Part shown: positions 16,330-16,441 of the stretch, piece by piece | How the letters are laid out: each line of letters opens with the position of its first letter | Numbering within the stretch: position 1 is the stretch's first letter | Assembly: GCA_038231435.1 (NCBI GenBank) | Contig: JBBRLJ010000068.1 | Location: forward strand, 1-16,441 | From: Planctomycetota bacterium | GTDB taxonomy: Bacteria; Planctomycetota; UBA11346 | DNA length: 16,441 nucleotides | Direction of reading: 5' to 3' | The notes under the pieces: generated by a model | Seen by the model: only the letters and a program-made list of their open reading frames with translations | Databases searched by the model: none | Told to the model about the DNA's origin: nothing | Position numbers and translations under genes: made by a program

Positions 16330-16441
16330 TCTGCGTGATGGGCTGCGCCCATTATTCACGCAGACCAGGACTCGGCGGCCGGTGGCTTCGCCACGGTTTA
16401 CGGAATCACCTCCCCCGGCCCGCAGGGCCGTAGGGCGGCCC

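Overview
High-GC (roughly 65-70% in most genes) bacterial accessory region dominated by carbohydrate use and regulation; the gene style suggests a Planctomycetota/PVC-like organism (inference). Left to right: 3' end of katG; a lower-GC patch with a 5'-truncated histidine kinase; a secreted modular GH9; a divergent triple-HTH protein; mscL; a divergent PhyH dioxygenase/AraC pair; a decayed lipoprotein-CBM remnant with an AT-rich upstream patch; a GntR-HTH/LacI-type regulator; a LamG-GH32; a small zinc-ribbon protein; a GH78 rhamnosidase; two divergent hypothetical genes; and a REP-like tandem repeat ending in a perfect hairpin. I found no CRISPR array, rRNA, tRNA, transposase or defence system, and cannot support a clearly new multi-gene system. 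Best leads: a 24-nt motif shared by the GntR/LacI start and the CBM remnant start, the triple-HTH protein, a ~97-nt nested inverted repeat, and the in-frame GH9/kinase junction. All calls come from motif recognition by eye, not database searches.
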